Source: Alphaproteobacteria bacterium (GTDB taxonomy: Bacteria > Pseudomonadota > Alphaproteobacteria > Micavibrionales > UBA2020). Taken from it: DNA of 64,000 nucleotides. Each line of letters starts with the position of its first letter. Position 1 is the stretch's first letter. Of this stretch, positions 30,297 to 40,078 are shown piece by piece. The stretch covers positions 8,170 through 72,169 of the forward strand of contig JAUXOC010000057.1 in NCBI GenBank assembly GCA_030682495.1, given 5' to 3'. Both the position numbers and the translations under genes were made by a program. The notes beneath the pieces are model-generated. The model saw only the letters and a program-made list of their open reading frames with translations, had not been told where the DNA came from and did no database searches.

Positions 30297-32045
30297 ATGA
30301 CATCTTTTTTCTGCTCTTTTAAAACCCTGACGATGGTCTGCGCGCTGGCGCTGGTCGGCAGCCCGCTGGTCGCCTTTGCCAATTCCGAACAGACGACTGA
30401 AATCAATCAGGCACTTTTTGTGCTGACGCCCGTTGCGTCCGGTGATTTGCAAACCGGCAGCACCTTTTCCGGCAATTACCTTGCCGCGCGTTTCGCGCAG
30501 CGCCAACAAGACTGGACAGCCGCGCAGCACTATATGAACGCCGTGGTCGAATTTGACGAGAACAACGAGCTGATGGCCAACCGTGCCTTTCTGCTTTCGC
30601 TCGGCGCGGGGGAATTGCCTGCGGCGCGCCGTCTGGCCGAACGCATTCTGACCGACCAGCAAAACGGCACGGATATCGCCCTGATTTTTCTGGCCAGCGA
30701 AGCACTGAAACGCGGCGAATTTCAATCGGCGCTTGATCTTGTCGCCAAACTGCCCGAAGACGGCTTTGGCCAATACACCAAACCGCTGATGACCGCCTGG
30801 GCGCAATTCGGCCTTGGCGATCGCGCCGGTGCGGTCACGCATCTCTCCGCCTATTCCGAAGAAACCGACCCGACCTATAACCTGCACCTCGGCATGATGT
30901 ACGACATTGAAGGCGACATGGCGAATGCGGCGAAGCATTACACCATCGCCCTCGAAGACAGCCTGACGCTGCACAATGCCCTGCTGCTGGCCGATTTCTT
31001 TGAACGTCACGGAGATAAGGCCACCGCGCACCGCCTGTACGACGGGCTTGGCAGCCTTTACAGCAAAACCGCGGCGCCGACACCCGCCTCCGGCCATAGC
31101 ATGATCCGCAGCCCCGCAGATGGTGCAGCGGTTGCGCTGTTTGAGCTGGCTACGATGCTGTTTGAACGCCGCTCTTTCGACAGTGCGCAAATTTACGGAC
31201 GGCTGGTGCTGGTGCTGGCGCCGCAATCCGATTTTGGCCGCCTGATGATCGGTGATATCGCCGCGATCAATGAACACCATCCCGAAGCCGTCGCGGCCTA
31301 TGGCGAGATTGCCAAAAATTCTCCGCTTTACCTGCTCGCACGGCTGCGCATCGCCGAAGTATACGAAACCGCTGACCTTCCTGATGCTGCATCCGGTATG
31401 CTGCGCGATCTTGCCGCTCTGCCTCAGGCACGCACACAAGCTCTGACAGCCCTCGGTGATATGCACCGCCGCCGCGAAGATTTTGTACAAGCCGTCGCCG
31501 TCTATGACGAAATTCTGACCGAAATCGGCGAGCCGGCGGAGCCGCACTGGGCACTGATCTATGCGCGCGGCATGTCGCTGGAGCGCGCCAATGAATGGGA
31601 CCGTGCGGAAAAAGACCTCTTGCTTGCCCTCACCTTCCAGCCCGATAACCCGATGATCCTGAATTACATCGGCTATACCTGGGTCGACAAAGGCGTGAAC
31701 CTGCAAAAAGGCATGGACTTCATTCGCCGCGCCGTCGCCCTGCGCCCCGATGACGGATATATCCTTGACAGCTATGGCTGGGCTTTTTACCGCCTCGGCG
31801 ATATGGAGCAGGCGGTCTATTGGCTGGAAAAATCTGTGGCGCTGGTGCCGGATGACTCCACCATCCTCGACCACCTTGCCGATGCCTATTGGCAGACAGG
31901 ACGTAAAACCGAAGCCCGTTTCAAATGGCAGCACGCACGCGGGCTGAGCAAAGACGCCGATTTCCGCGCCTCGGTCGAGCGCAAGATCAAAACCGGTATC
32001 GAACCTGCCGCCACGGTCGTGGTGCAGAAAGACACCTCGCTTTAA
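30297..32045 (+). CDS. Exported tetratricopeptide-repeat protein
   Basis: Signal peptide; SGNYLAARFA; TPRs; LNYIGYTW; YILDSYGW; DHLADAYW; usual position before ispE. Confidence 0.9.
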   Translation: MTSFFCSFKTLTMVCALALVGSPLVAFANSEQTTEINQALFVLTPVASGDLQTGSTFSGNYLAARFAQRQQDWTAAQHYMNAVVEFDENNELMANRAFLLSLGAGELPAARRLAERILTDQQNGTDIALIFLASEALKRGEFQSALDLVAKLPEDGFGQYTKPLMTAWAQFGLGDRAGAVTHLSAYSEETDPTYNLHLGMMYDIEGDMANAAKHYTIALEDSLTLHNALLLADFFERHGDKATAHRLYDGLGSLYSKTAAPTPASGHSMIRSPADGAAVALFELATMLFERRSFDSAQIYGRLVLVLAPQSDFGRLMIGDIAAINEHHPEAVAAYGEIAKNSPLYLLARLRIAEVYETADLPDAASGMLRDLAALPQARTQALTALGDMHRRREDFVQAVAVYDEILTEIGEPAEPHWALIYARGMSLERANEWDRAEKDLLLALTFQPDNPMILNYIGYTWVDKGVNLQKGMDFIRRAVALRPDDGYILDSYGWAFYRLGDMEQAVYWLEKSVALVPDDSTILDHLADAYWQTGRKTEARFKWQHARGLSKDADFRASVERKIKTGIEPAATVVVQKDTSL

Positions 32046-32066
32046 ACACCGTGATAGGCTATAAAT

Positions 32067-32101
32067 AAAACCGTCCGCGGATTGACGCCGCGCGCGGTTT
32101 T
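32067..32101 (+). terminator. Probable rho-independent terminator
   Basis: AAAACCG..CGCGG-loop-CCGCG..CGGTTTT followed by a T-run. Confidence 0.55.
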
Positions 32102-32130
32102 TTATCAACGACAAACATCTCTTTCAGACC

Positions 32131-32460
32131 ATGCGCATCGCCCTGCCTGTTCTTTTTATCCTGATTATTTCAACCGTAATCGTCCTTGTGCACGATAGCG
32201 CGCCCGCCATCGGCGACGACCCCGACCTTGCCCTGCCCATTTACAGCGCCTGTATAGCAGACAGCGACTGCACCCTTGTCTCCCTTCCCTGCGGTGCCAT
32301 TGCCGCCGCGCGCAAAGACCGCCGCACCGAACTTCAGCATTACTACGACGACGTGAAATTCCGCATCCGCTGCGCCAAGATCGAAGAACCGCAGCTGCTG
32401 CGCGCGGTCTGTGCCGAGAAAAAATGCACCGCCGTGCCGCTGAACAGCGAAGAGAACTGA
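32131..32460 (+). CDS. Small secreted Cys-rich hypothetical protein
   Basis: Signal or anchor sequence; six Cys (CIADSDC..PCG..RC..VC....C). Confidence 0.7.
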   Translation: MRIALPVLFILIISTVIVLVHDSAPAIGDDPDLALPIYSACIADSDCTLVSLPCGAIAAARKDRRTELQHYYDDVKFRIRCAKIEEPQLLRAVCAEKKCTAVPLNSEEN

Positions 32461-32461
32461 T

Positions 32462-33376
32462 ATGCGCCACACCAACATGAACAACATGAGCAATATGAGC
32501 GCGAAGAGCTTCGCCCTCGCCGCACCTGCAAAGATCAACCTGTTCTTGCACGTCACCGGACGTCGCGATGACGGCTATCATCTTTTGCAAAGTATTGTCG
32601 TTTTTGTCGATGCGGGCGATCATCTGACGTTTTCGCGGCACGACAGTCTTTTTATCGATATCCAGGGATATTTCGCGGACGATGTCGGCGACCTGCGCGA
32701 CAATCTGGTCTATAAAGCCGCACAGGCGCTGGCGCAGGAATACGATTATGTGCCGACAGGGCAAATCTCGTTGCAAAAAAATCTGCCCGTGGCCTCGGGC
32801 ATGGGCGGCGGGTCTTCGGATGCCGCAACCACGCTGCGCGGCCTTTGCAGGCTGTGGGGGCTCTCGGAAGAAGCCGGACGGCTGGAGAAACTAGCCGCAC
32901 AGCTGGGCGCGGATGTGCCTGCCTGTCTTTATCGCCGCCCCGTCTGGATGGAGGGCGTGGGCGACAAGATGATGCGCATGCAGGACATGCCCGACATGCA
33001 TCTGGTGCTGGCCACACCGCCGGTGCAGACGCCGACGCCGGAAGTCTTCAAATGTTTTGCGCGGCGGTTTTCCGGACGCTACAGCCCGCCCATCAAACAC
33101 GCCGGCCGCCGCAAGAGCTTGCAGGAATGGATCGCGGATCTCCGGTTCTACCGCAACGACCTGACCGATGCGGCCATCGAAGTCAGCCCCGATATCCGCA
33201 CCGCGCTGGCGGCCATCGCCGCCACGCCGAATTGCCACATTGCGCGTCTGTCGGGCAGCGGCGCCACCTGTTTTGGTCTATACGACAGCGCGGGCGCCGC
33301 GCAGGCCGCCGTCAACAAGCTGCGGCAGGAATACCCGCACTGGTGGATCAAAGCGACCGGACTTTTCAAAGAATAA
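32462..33376 (+). CDS. ispE: 4-diphosphocytidyl-2-C-methyl-D-erythritol kinase
   Basis: APAKINLFLHVTGRRDDGYH; KNLPVASGMGGGSSDAA; LGADVP; LSGSGATCF. The true start may be a later ATG. Confidence 0.96.
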   Translation: MRHTNMNNMSNMSAKSFALAAPAKINLFLHVTGRRDDGYHLLQSIVVFVDAGDHLTFSRHDSLFIDIQGYFADDVGDLRDNLVYKAAQALAQEYDYVPTGQISLQKNLPVASGMGGGSSDAATTLRGLCRLWGLSEEAGRLEKLAAQLGADVPACLYRRPVWMEGVGDKMMRMQDMPDMHLVLATPPVQTPTPEVFKCFARRFSGRYSPPIKHAGRRKSLQEWIADLRFYRNDLTDAAIEVSPDIRTALAAIAATPNCHIARLSGSGATCFGLYDSAGAAQAAVNKLRQEYPHWWIKATGLFKE

Positions 33377-33390
33377 ATAACGGCAAAAAC

Positions 33391-34875
33391 CTAGCGCAGA
33401 ACAGGGAGGGCTGCTTCTGCCTGCTGCGCGCGCAGACGCGTCAAGCGGCGCACCGCAAGGGCGGCATCGCGGTTGCCCTCGGCGGCGGCGACATCGTACC
33501 ATTCAATCGCGGCTTTGATATCCGGCTTGCCCAGCGCATCACTTTCGTAGATAACGCCCAGATTATAAGCGGCCTGCACCATACCCGCATTCGCCGCCCG
33601 TTTAAAATAGGATGCGGCGCGCACCGTGTTTTTGGCGATGCCGCGACCTTCGGCATAAATAAGGCCAAGATTATACATCGCTTCCGGATGGCCCAGTTGC
33701 GCGGCTCTCTCGTAATGCCCTTGTGCGGCGGCAGCATCAGCAGCCACGCCCAGCCCCTGCTGCGACATCACGCCCAGATTATAATGTGCATTGGCAATAC
33801 CCGCCGCCGCCGCGCGGGCGAACCAGGCGCGGGCGCGGGCATAATCCTGACGCACACGGCGGCCTTCGGCATAGAGTGTCGCAAGATCATGCTGCGCTTC
33901 GGGCATGCCGTCAAAAGCGCGAGCTTCCAGTGCCGCCAAAGGCTGCGGCAGACGCGCATCGCGCATCAGCGGCGCATCCGGCTGCGGGGCTGCGGTGGTG
34001 GTGGCAGGCGCTGCAGGCCGTGCGAGGGTTTGTTTGGGCGCTTCGGGCGCGGCGTCCACCACGGCAGGCACAGTGTGCAAATCCTCATCATCCAGCGCGC
34101 TATGCGGTGCAGCAGGCTCCGCCAAAGCCATCTCTGCAGCGAGAGCGAGAGCGAGAGCCGTATCCATGTCCGGATTGGCTGCGGCTGTTTCTGCCGTCAG
34201 GTCTTCGAGCGCATCGGCCAGATGCTCGTCAAAATCATCCGCATCATAGACCGCTGCGGCAGCGGCGGATTGCTCCCCTTCGGGCGCCCGTGGCAGCAGC
34301 GGTTGCGGGGGCAAAACGGCTTCGGTCAAAACGCTTTCGTCCGGCGCCGTCAGCGCTGGCTTTTCGGCGGCGGCGGTTTCTTCGGCAGCTGCACGGTTAT
34401 GCCAGCCGCCCCGCGGCAAGGCCTCTGCCTGTTGTTGCAGCGGTGCCGTAAAACTTGTGGCTGCGGTGCGCGGGGTCTGCACCGCAGCGCCCTGCGGCAA
34501 ATCCTGCATCATCACCGCACCAAGCGTGAGCAGCGCGAGCACCAGACTGGCCAGTGCGGCAGGCAAAGCAAAACGCTGTGCCGCTGAAGCGGGCGGCGGT
34601 GTTGCAGATTCTATTTTGGCGGGCAGATAAAGGCGGCCTGTGTTTTCGTCACGCTCGGCGCTGTCTTCGATATCGGACAGGCGGCGGGCAAGGATAAATC
34701 TTTCGGCCTCCGCCTTCTCCAGTTTGCGGCCCAGCTGTTCGATGGCGCGGAACATTTCGAAATACACGCGTTCCTGATGCGAGAGCGCATCGCGCGGCTG
34801 GCGCGACAACACATCGACCGGCTTTTGCGGCGCGGCGGGGGCGTTTTTCGGCGTATCGATCGGCGGACGTGTCAT
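33391..34875 (-). CDS. Membrane-anchored Sel1-repeat protein (PodJ-like architecture)
   Basis: N-terminal coiled coil; one TM; Ala/Pro/acidic linker; four Sel1 repeats (AQHDLA.LY, AHYNLG, AMYNLG, AAYNLG). Confidence 0.85.
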   Translation of the reverse strand: MTRPPIDTPKNAPAAPQKPVDVLSRQPRDALSHQERVYFEMFRAIEQLGRKLEKAEAERFILARRLSDIEDSAERDENTGRLYLPAKIESATPPPASAAQRFALPAALASLVLALLTLGAVMMQDLPQGAAVQTPRTAATSFTAPLQQQAEALPRGGWHNRAAAEETAAAEKPALTAPDESVLTEAVLPPQPLLPRAPEGEQSAAAAAVYDADDFDEHLADALEDLTAETAAANPDMDTALALALAAEMALAEPAAPHSALDDEDLHTVPAVVDAAPEAPKQTLARPAAPATTTAAPQPDAPLMRDARLPQPLAALEARAFDGMPEAQHDLATLYAEGRRVRQDYARARAWFARAAAAGIANAHYNLGVMSQQGLGVAADAAAAQGHYERAAQLGHPEAMYNLGLIYAEGRGIAKNTVRAASYFKRAANAGMVQAAYNLGVIYESDALGKPDIKAAIEWYDVAAAEGNRDAALAVRRLTRLRAQQAEAALPVLR

Positions 34876-35295
34876 GCAGATATCGATCCTTGGCGGCGAT
34901 GGGGCGCGGCGCACCTATGGCGATGCCATTCGGCGCGGGCGACCCGCTCTTTATGTAAGGTACACACCATAACAGATTCTCCCCCCGCCTTACAGACCGG
35001 CGATGGCCGGACGGGTCTCAAAGCTTGGGCGCGCTACCGTACCCCAACCGCAGCCCCCATGGCCGCGCCGCAACAGCCCTCCCCCGGCCTATCGGCAAAA
35101 GGGCTGTTTTTACTCGCCTTATGTATAAATTACGTAAAATGAAGACGACAGACGAATTGACCCCGACCTCACGCTTACTTCTTGCGCGGCGCAGGAATTT
35201 TTTATAGAGTGTCACGACTTTGGTGAGCCGGATTCTGCATAAGACGCCCGATACACGCCAAAGCCCGATTGTTGCGCGTCTCTCTTCGCGCATGT

Positions 35296-35370
35296 TGGGG
35301 TGTAGCCAAGCGGTAAGGCAGCGGTTTTTGGTACCGCCATTCCTAGGTTCGATCCCTAGCACCCCAGCCA
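35296..35370 (+). tRNA. tRNA-Gln(TTG)
   Basis: Acceptor stem TGGGGTG/CACCCCA; anticodon arm GCGGT-TTTTGGT-ACCGC; T-loop GTTCGAT; encoded CCA. Confidence 0.96.
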
Positions 35371-35580
35371 TTCAGTCCTCCCCTGTCCGAACTGTGAGCA
35401 GAAGACGCCAGAAACGGTGCGGTTGCGAGAGATTTTCGTGCATCTGTTTTTCGTCGAACGGTGAGCAGGTAGGTGCTGAGGCTAAAAAATCCAGGCTTTG
35501 CTCAGGATGAGGTTTTGCCGTTCGACCACCAAGAGCAAAATTGGTAGAATTCACCACAGCCCGCAGCTGAGGAGAAGCCG

Positions 35581-36726
35581 GTGGAACTCATCAACAATCT
35601 CGACGCGATCAATCACCAAAAGGCCATCGCGAGCTATGCCGAAAATGCAGATCATATAATTATCGTTAGCCCCTTCATATTCGATGATTTTTCCGAGTGG
35701 TTTAAAAATACGAATCTTTCATCCCTAAGAAAAGTTGAACTTGTCACAAGCCTGGCCGAGTCTGGCGACAACCAAATCAAGAAACCATTTGCGTTAAAGT
35801 CGTTCTTTGATTGCTGCGAGCAATACGCAACAAACGCGGAAGTATGTATCCATGCCAACAATAAACTGCACGGAAAAATCTATTTATTCAGAAAATCAGA
35901 TATGTGGCTTGCTGGAATTATTACTTCAGCAAACTTTACATGGTCGGGCTTGGAAAAAAATCATGAATGGGGAATATTAACAAGAGAACCCAGATTTCTG
36001 GACACTCTTTATAAGCAAGTATTTTCTTCGTTTGAGTATGAGAACATTCCTAAAAGACTCATTACTACAAAACTCATTCCTGCCGCAGAGCAGTTTAAAA
36101 AGAATAATACAGACGTGATGGATATACCTCCTGCAAGAGTCGGCCTATTAAACCTTCTTGAAAGAAACTACCCGAAGGCAAATGAGACGATCGACCTTGA
36201 CCTTGAACATGCAAAAAATATCTTCTTAAAACCAAACGGAGACAAAGATAATCCAGTCAGTCTCGAAGACAGACGCCCCTTTGGTCCCAACAATAAAGCC
36301 TTACACTTCCCCAAAAATCCTGCCCCTAGCGATGTAATGCCGGGGGACGTGGTCATATCCTTTGGAACGGGGTCACGCGCACTGTTGTGCATACATACGG
36401 TACTGACCAGAGCGGAAGAGGCTTCACTAGAATTACAGAGAAGAGACAAGAACGCGGCGCGCTGGCCATGGTATGTATCAGGACGCAACCATACACCATA
36501 TTTCGGAGATCGCTGGTGGGAATACAACATCACCGTCGACAATATAAGAGATGAGTTCCTAAAAGAATACCCAGGTAAATCTATCACCGGGAACAGCAAC
36601 TCACTTGGTGCGTTCAATTACGGCGCTGGTAAACTATCTATTACATTAGATTTCGCACGATATATTGTAGAAAAAATAATGAAAATTGAGGCTGAAGGGA
36701 AAGCACCGCCTTCATCTAATTCGTAA
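35581..36726 (+). CDS. PLD-family (NgoFVII/BfiI-like) nuclease with a C-terminal PUA/EVE-like domain
   Basis: IIVSPF; LHGKIYLF; IITSANFT.SGL..NHEWG (one HxK...SxN site); C-terminal PGDVVI..G.GS..L....V...RWPWYV. Confidence 0.75.
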   Translation: MELINNLDAINHQKAIASYAENADHIIIVSPFIFDDFSEWFKNTNLSSLRKVELVTSLAESGDNQIKKPFALKSFFDCCEQYATNAEVCIHANNKLHGKIYLFRKSDMWLAGIITSANFTWSGLEKNHEWGILTREPRFLDTLYKQVFSSFEYENIPKRLITTKLIPAAEQFKKNNTDVMDIPPARVGLLNLLERNYPKANETIDLDLEHAKNIFLKPNGDKDNPVSLEDRRPFGPNNKALHFPKNPAPSDVMPGDVVISFGTGSRALLCIHTVLTRAEEASLELQRRDKNAARWPWYVSGRNHTPYFGDRWWEYNITVDNIRDEFLKEYPGKSITGNSNSLGAFNYGAGKLSITLDFARYIVEKIMKIEAEGKAPPSSNS

Positions 36727-38109
36727 ACGTTCGAAATATCTGCTTTCCGACAAAAGAATCGGAGACTTTCTCGCGTCGGGCAATATCACGGATAGTCACC
36801 CCCCGGAAATGCTCGTCCCGCCAGACGAATCCCTGAATAAGCTTCTTCAGCTCGGCTGCCGGCAAATCAAACATGTCTTTGGGCGTATTCTCGGGCCTAA
36901 TAACAATGGCGCCCTTGCGAGATCTGTTGATCGCATACGGAACACTGATGACCGTTCTGTCTGGAAGAAGGGTGATGAACAGTTCATTCTGACGCATTTC
37001 AACGCGTTCAATAGCCGAAACAATTTCATGAGTAGGCGTACATTCCTGAACGCCTATATGCTGGCGGACGGATTTCTCGACAAGACTCTCTATCTCGAAA
37101 GCCGGTATCCTTGCCCCTTTGCCGGCACGACGCAAACCCTGGTCAATATAGTATCTATAGCGCTTTCCATTTTTGATCGTAAACGTGGGGCCATAAAGTC
37201 TGCCTTCCGCATCGAAAAGAATCCCCTGCAGTAAGCTTTCATCCTTCGCCTTTCGACATCCACGCGGTGACGCCGCCTGCTCTTGCAACTTTTGCTGAAC
37301 GGCATCCCATACATCCCGAGAAATGATTGCCGGATGTTGTCCGTCATAGACCTTATCTTTGTGCTTTATTTTTCCGATATAAATCGGGTTTGTCAGTATC
37401 GTATAAATGGCGCCTCTTGAAAAAATGGCATCTCCGTATTCTCTTCCTTTGTCCGATACCCTTATGGGAGTTTTGATACCACGTTCCTGTAGCTCCTGCG
37501 TCAGTTTATATACGCTGCCCAATACCAAATATCTGTCAAAAATATGGCCTGCAAGACCAGTGTTTTCTACATCGACGAAAAGCTGGCGATTTTCTGCCCG
37601 ATAGCCGACCGGAGGCGTCCCTCCCATCCACATGCCTCTCTTTTTACTCGCGGAAATTTTATCCCGGATACGCTCTCCGGCCACTTCACGCTCAAACTGG
37701 GCAAAAGATAGAAGCACATTCAGAGTCAGGCGCCCCATGGATGTCGTGGTATTAAAAGATTGCGTCACACTGACAAATGTTACGCCATGATGATCAAAAA
37801 TTTCGACTAACCTCGAAAAGTCATCAACGATCTGGTCAAGCGGTCAATTTTATAAACGACAACGGTATGGACCTTACCCCTTTTAATATCTTCAATTAAC
37901 TCAGCCAAAGCCAGTCGCTCCATCGAGCCGCCAGAAAAGCCTCCGTCGTCATATGATTTTTTTACTGCCGTCCAGCCTTCGGCTTTCTGGCTCGTGATAT
38001 ACGCGAGACAGGACTCGCGTTGAGCGTCAAGGGTGTTGAACTCCATTTCTAATCGCTCATCCGTCGATTTCCTGGTATAAATAGCGCAATATTTTGTACC
38101 GGCTTTCAT
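36716..38109 (-). pseudogene. Large serine recombinase with a single frameshift near 37821
   Basis: CAIYTRKST..DDGGFSGG..YKIDRLTRSLM in one frame. Adding one base after ATG restores DFSRLVEIFDHHGVTFVSVTQSFNTTTSMGRLTLNVLLSFAQFERE. Confidence 0.88.
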
Positions 38110-38555
38110 CCGGCACCGCCTTTACGCTTCAGACCGAAAAAATCCCATCCGTTCCGCCGACATCCAGAGATCAGCGTCGCAACCTGTGAAAGGCTCCGGT
38201 ATACAGTGCCTTGGTATTCGTAGCCATGCGCCTGCACCAGAACGGAATGCCGGACGCCGCCGTGCATACGCACAAGCCGGGTACCCGGCTTGATCTGAGG
38301 TTCATTGTCATCGAAACACCGGGAATTTCTCTTATAAGCCTTTATCATCAGATCAAGGCGCATTTGCTGATCCGGCGCCAAACCGCCGGTTTCCAGCTCT
38401 TTCAGCCTGAACTCGAGGCTTTTCTCGAGCATTGTGCGGCCAATGAGCCCATGCGGCTGCACACCCCAGTACTCAGCCCATTTCCGGCGCAAGTCGGCCA
38501 GTGGAAGGCCGGTAATGGTATTGTCATATATTTGATTTAATTGATTCTTTTGCAT
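38106..38555 (-). CDS. DUF2924-family protein
   Basis: LRRKW; IKPGTRLVR..GG..H.V.V..GYEYQG..YRSLS.VA..ISG..RNG..FFGL; overlaps the recombinase start. Confidence 0.88.
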   Translation of the reverse strand: MQKNQLNQIYDNTITGLPLADLRRKWAEYWGVQPHGLIGRTMLEKSLEFRLKELETGGLAPDQQMRLDLMIKAYKRNSRCFDDNEPQIKPGTRLVRMHGGVRHSVLVQAHGYEYQGTVYRSLSQVATLISGCRRNGWDFFGLKRKGGAG

Positions 38556-38693
38556 TCATAACCACCTCCCATATGTCCATGAACGCTTGCTTTTAAGAGG
38601 AAGTCCAGTCGATTTTTTCGGGTAAATCACTGACTTAAATCATTTAAAAGATACGATAATCGCTCATCACCACAAGCTTGATAGGAAGCAATA

Positions 38694-39566
38694 ATGGACA
38701 AAAAGGTCTGCGTCAGATTTTTTCAACTGCGTCGTAATTCTGAGAACGATATGTCTTTTTCAGACTGCCTTGCGTCTATCGCCGCCGCCCGACTGGGGGA
38801 GTGGATAGACTTGGGCGATGACGTGCTTGTCCGGCTTGAGCGTCATCAGCTTGATGGCGCCTTCATCAAGGGAGAATTCACCCGAAAGCAAACTACCAAT
38901 ATTCCTCCGAAAGCAAACGGTGATGGAGACCCTCTTGTTGCAAGCGCCGACCCGATCGCGCACAGAGCAGCATTTCAATATCACCCGGCTCTTTCTATCC
39001 TGGCTCTTGAATCAAACAAGCAGGGGATGACACTCGCCAAAATTGACAAAATGATTAAACAAGCTCTCCATCATTCAGGATTCGATTACCTGCCAGTCGC
39101 ATCCGATGCTGCCTGGGAGAAGTTTTCCTCCTGCAGCCCCCGAAAAATGACACTTAAGGTGGCAAACCCGGAAAACCTTTCTGTCGCAGAAAACGCAACA
39201 CGATCTGTCGCCCAAAATCTGAATGACCTGAAAGAAATATTTGGTGGCCCTGTCATAGAAGTTTCCGTCGGTTTTGGCCGACAGAGGGAGGGAGCGCTCA
39301 ACAAAAGAGCATTGGTGTCTTTTTTCGGCGACCTGATTCGGCAACAAGAAGCCGGTTATAGAGGGGTTCAAAAAATTGAAATCAAAGCTGAAGGAGAAGA
39401 AGAGCCTATTGATCTCCTTCTGGAACAAGTTAAAGAGAAAGACGTTTTAGATCTTAGCGATACCAATATTGAGGAACACTATAGGTCCAGGCGACAGTTT
39501 ATAGAGCGCGCATTCGGTAAATATTTACCGTCGATGCGAGCCACCTACGGTCAAGCAGCAGCATAA
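38694..39566 (+). CDS. Soluble DUF6731/DUF4747-like (RexA/RdgC-like?) protein
   Basis: 290 aa, intact, AGGA RBS. The pattern GEFTRKQTTNIPPKA..FQYHP..ILALESN..G..IEVSVG..PIDLL was recognised from memory only. Confidence 0.55.
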   Translation: MDKKVCVRFFQLRRNSENDMSFSDCLASIAAARLGEWIDLGDDVLVRLERHQLDGAFIKGEFTRKQTTNIPPKANGDGDPLVASADPIAHRAAFQYHPALSILALESNKQGMTLAKIDKMIKQALHHSGFDYLPVASDAAWEKFSSCSPRKMTLKVANPENLSVAENATRSVAQNLNDLKEIFGGPVIEVSVGFGRQREGALNKRALVSFFGDLIRQQEAGYRGVQKIEIKAEGEEEPIDLLLEQVKEKDVLDLSDTNIEEHYRSRRQFIERAFGKYLPSMRATYGQAAA

Positions 39567-39569
39567 CTC

Positions 39570-40049
39570 GTGATGAAAATAGACATATATTCTTTTTTGC
39601 CCGCTTCTCTAATAACAGGCATTTACTTCTATAAAATGAATACAGTCCATCAATTTATTAGAGAGGTAGATCTAGATCTCCAAATAATTTTTTCAGGAGC
39701 ATTCAGCCTCTGTGGAATTTTAACAGGGTTTTTATTTACAATTTATTGCTTCATAGCGGTGAGCAGCAACGCATTTATAGACAGGATTCGAAATACACAC
39801 ACATTCTACGGCGCAAAATCTTTCGTTATAAAAACAATCCTTATAAGCCTTTTCTCTACCTTCTATTCGCTGCTTCTATCAGCATTCAGATGGCCGCTAA
39901 CAGAAGCAACGGTAGATGTATATACAAAATTTACGCTTTGTGGCTGGCTTTTTATTTTTACAGCAAACATCCTGTATTTTTTAAGATGCCTGCAGCATTT
40001 TATGCTTATGGCAGATGGGTTACCGCCCCAGAAACCGCCCGCTGGATAA
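39570..40049 (+). CDS. Roughly 4-TM membrane protein, partner of the upstream gene
   Basis: Starts 3 nt after the upstream stop; hydrophobic segments at about aa 5-21, 38-63, 85-106 and 120-138; very AT-rich. Confidence 0.75.
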   Translation: MMKIDIYSFLPASLITGIYFYKMNTVHQFIREVDLDLQIIFSGAFSLCGILTGFLFTIYCFIAVSSNAFIDRIRNTHTFYGAKSFVIKTILISLFSTFYSLLLSAFRWPLTEATVDVYTKFTLCGWLFIFTANILYFLRCLQHFMLMADGLPPQKPPAG

Positions 40050-40078
40050 AAATACTTTCTTCAATTTTTGATATCACC

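Noticed and set aside
32462-32500. AACATGA-like repeats at the ispE 5' end (MNNMSNMS)
   Set aside because: Short imperfect slippage giving alternative ATGs; no evidence of function.
34139-34158. GCGAGA hexamer run
   Set aside because: An in-frame Leu-Ala low-complexity stretch in the Sel1 protein linker; too short to suggest phase variation.
34915-35295. About 380-bp intergenic region as a possible ncRNA, and the ORF 35018-35371
   Set aside because: The ORF is antisense to the tRNA, and no RNA family is recognisable by eye. An Rfam scan would be needed.
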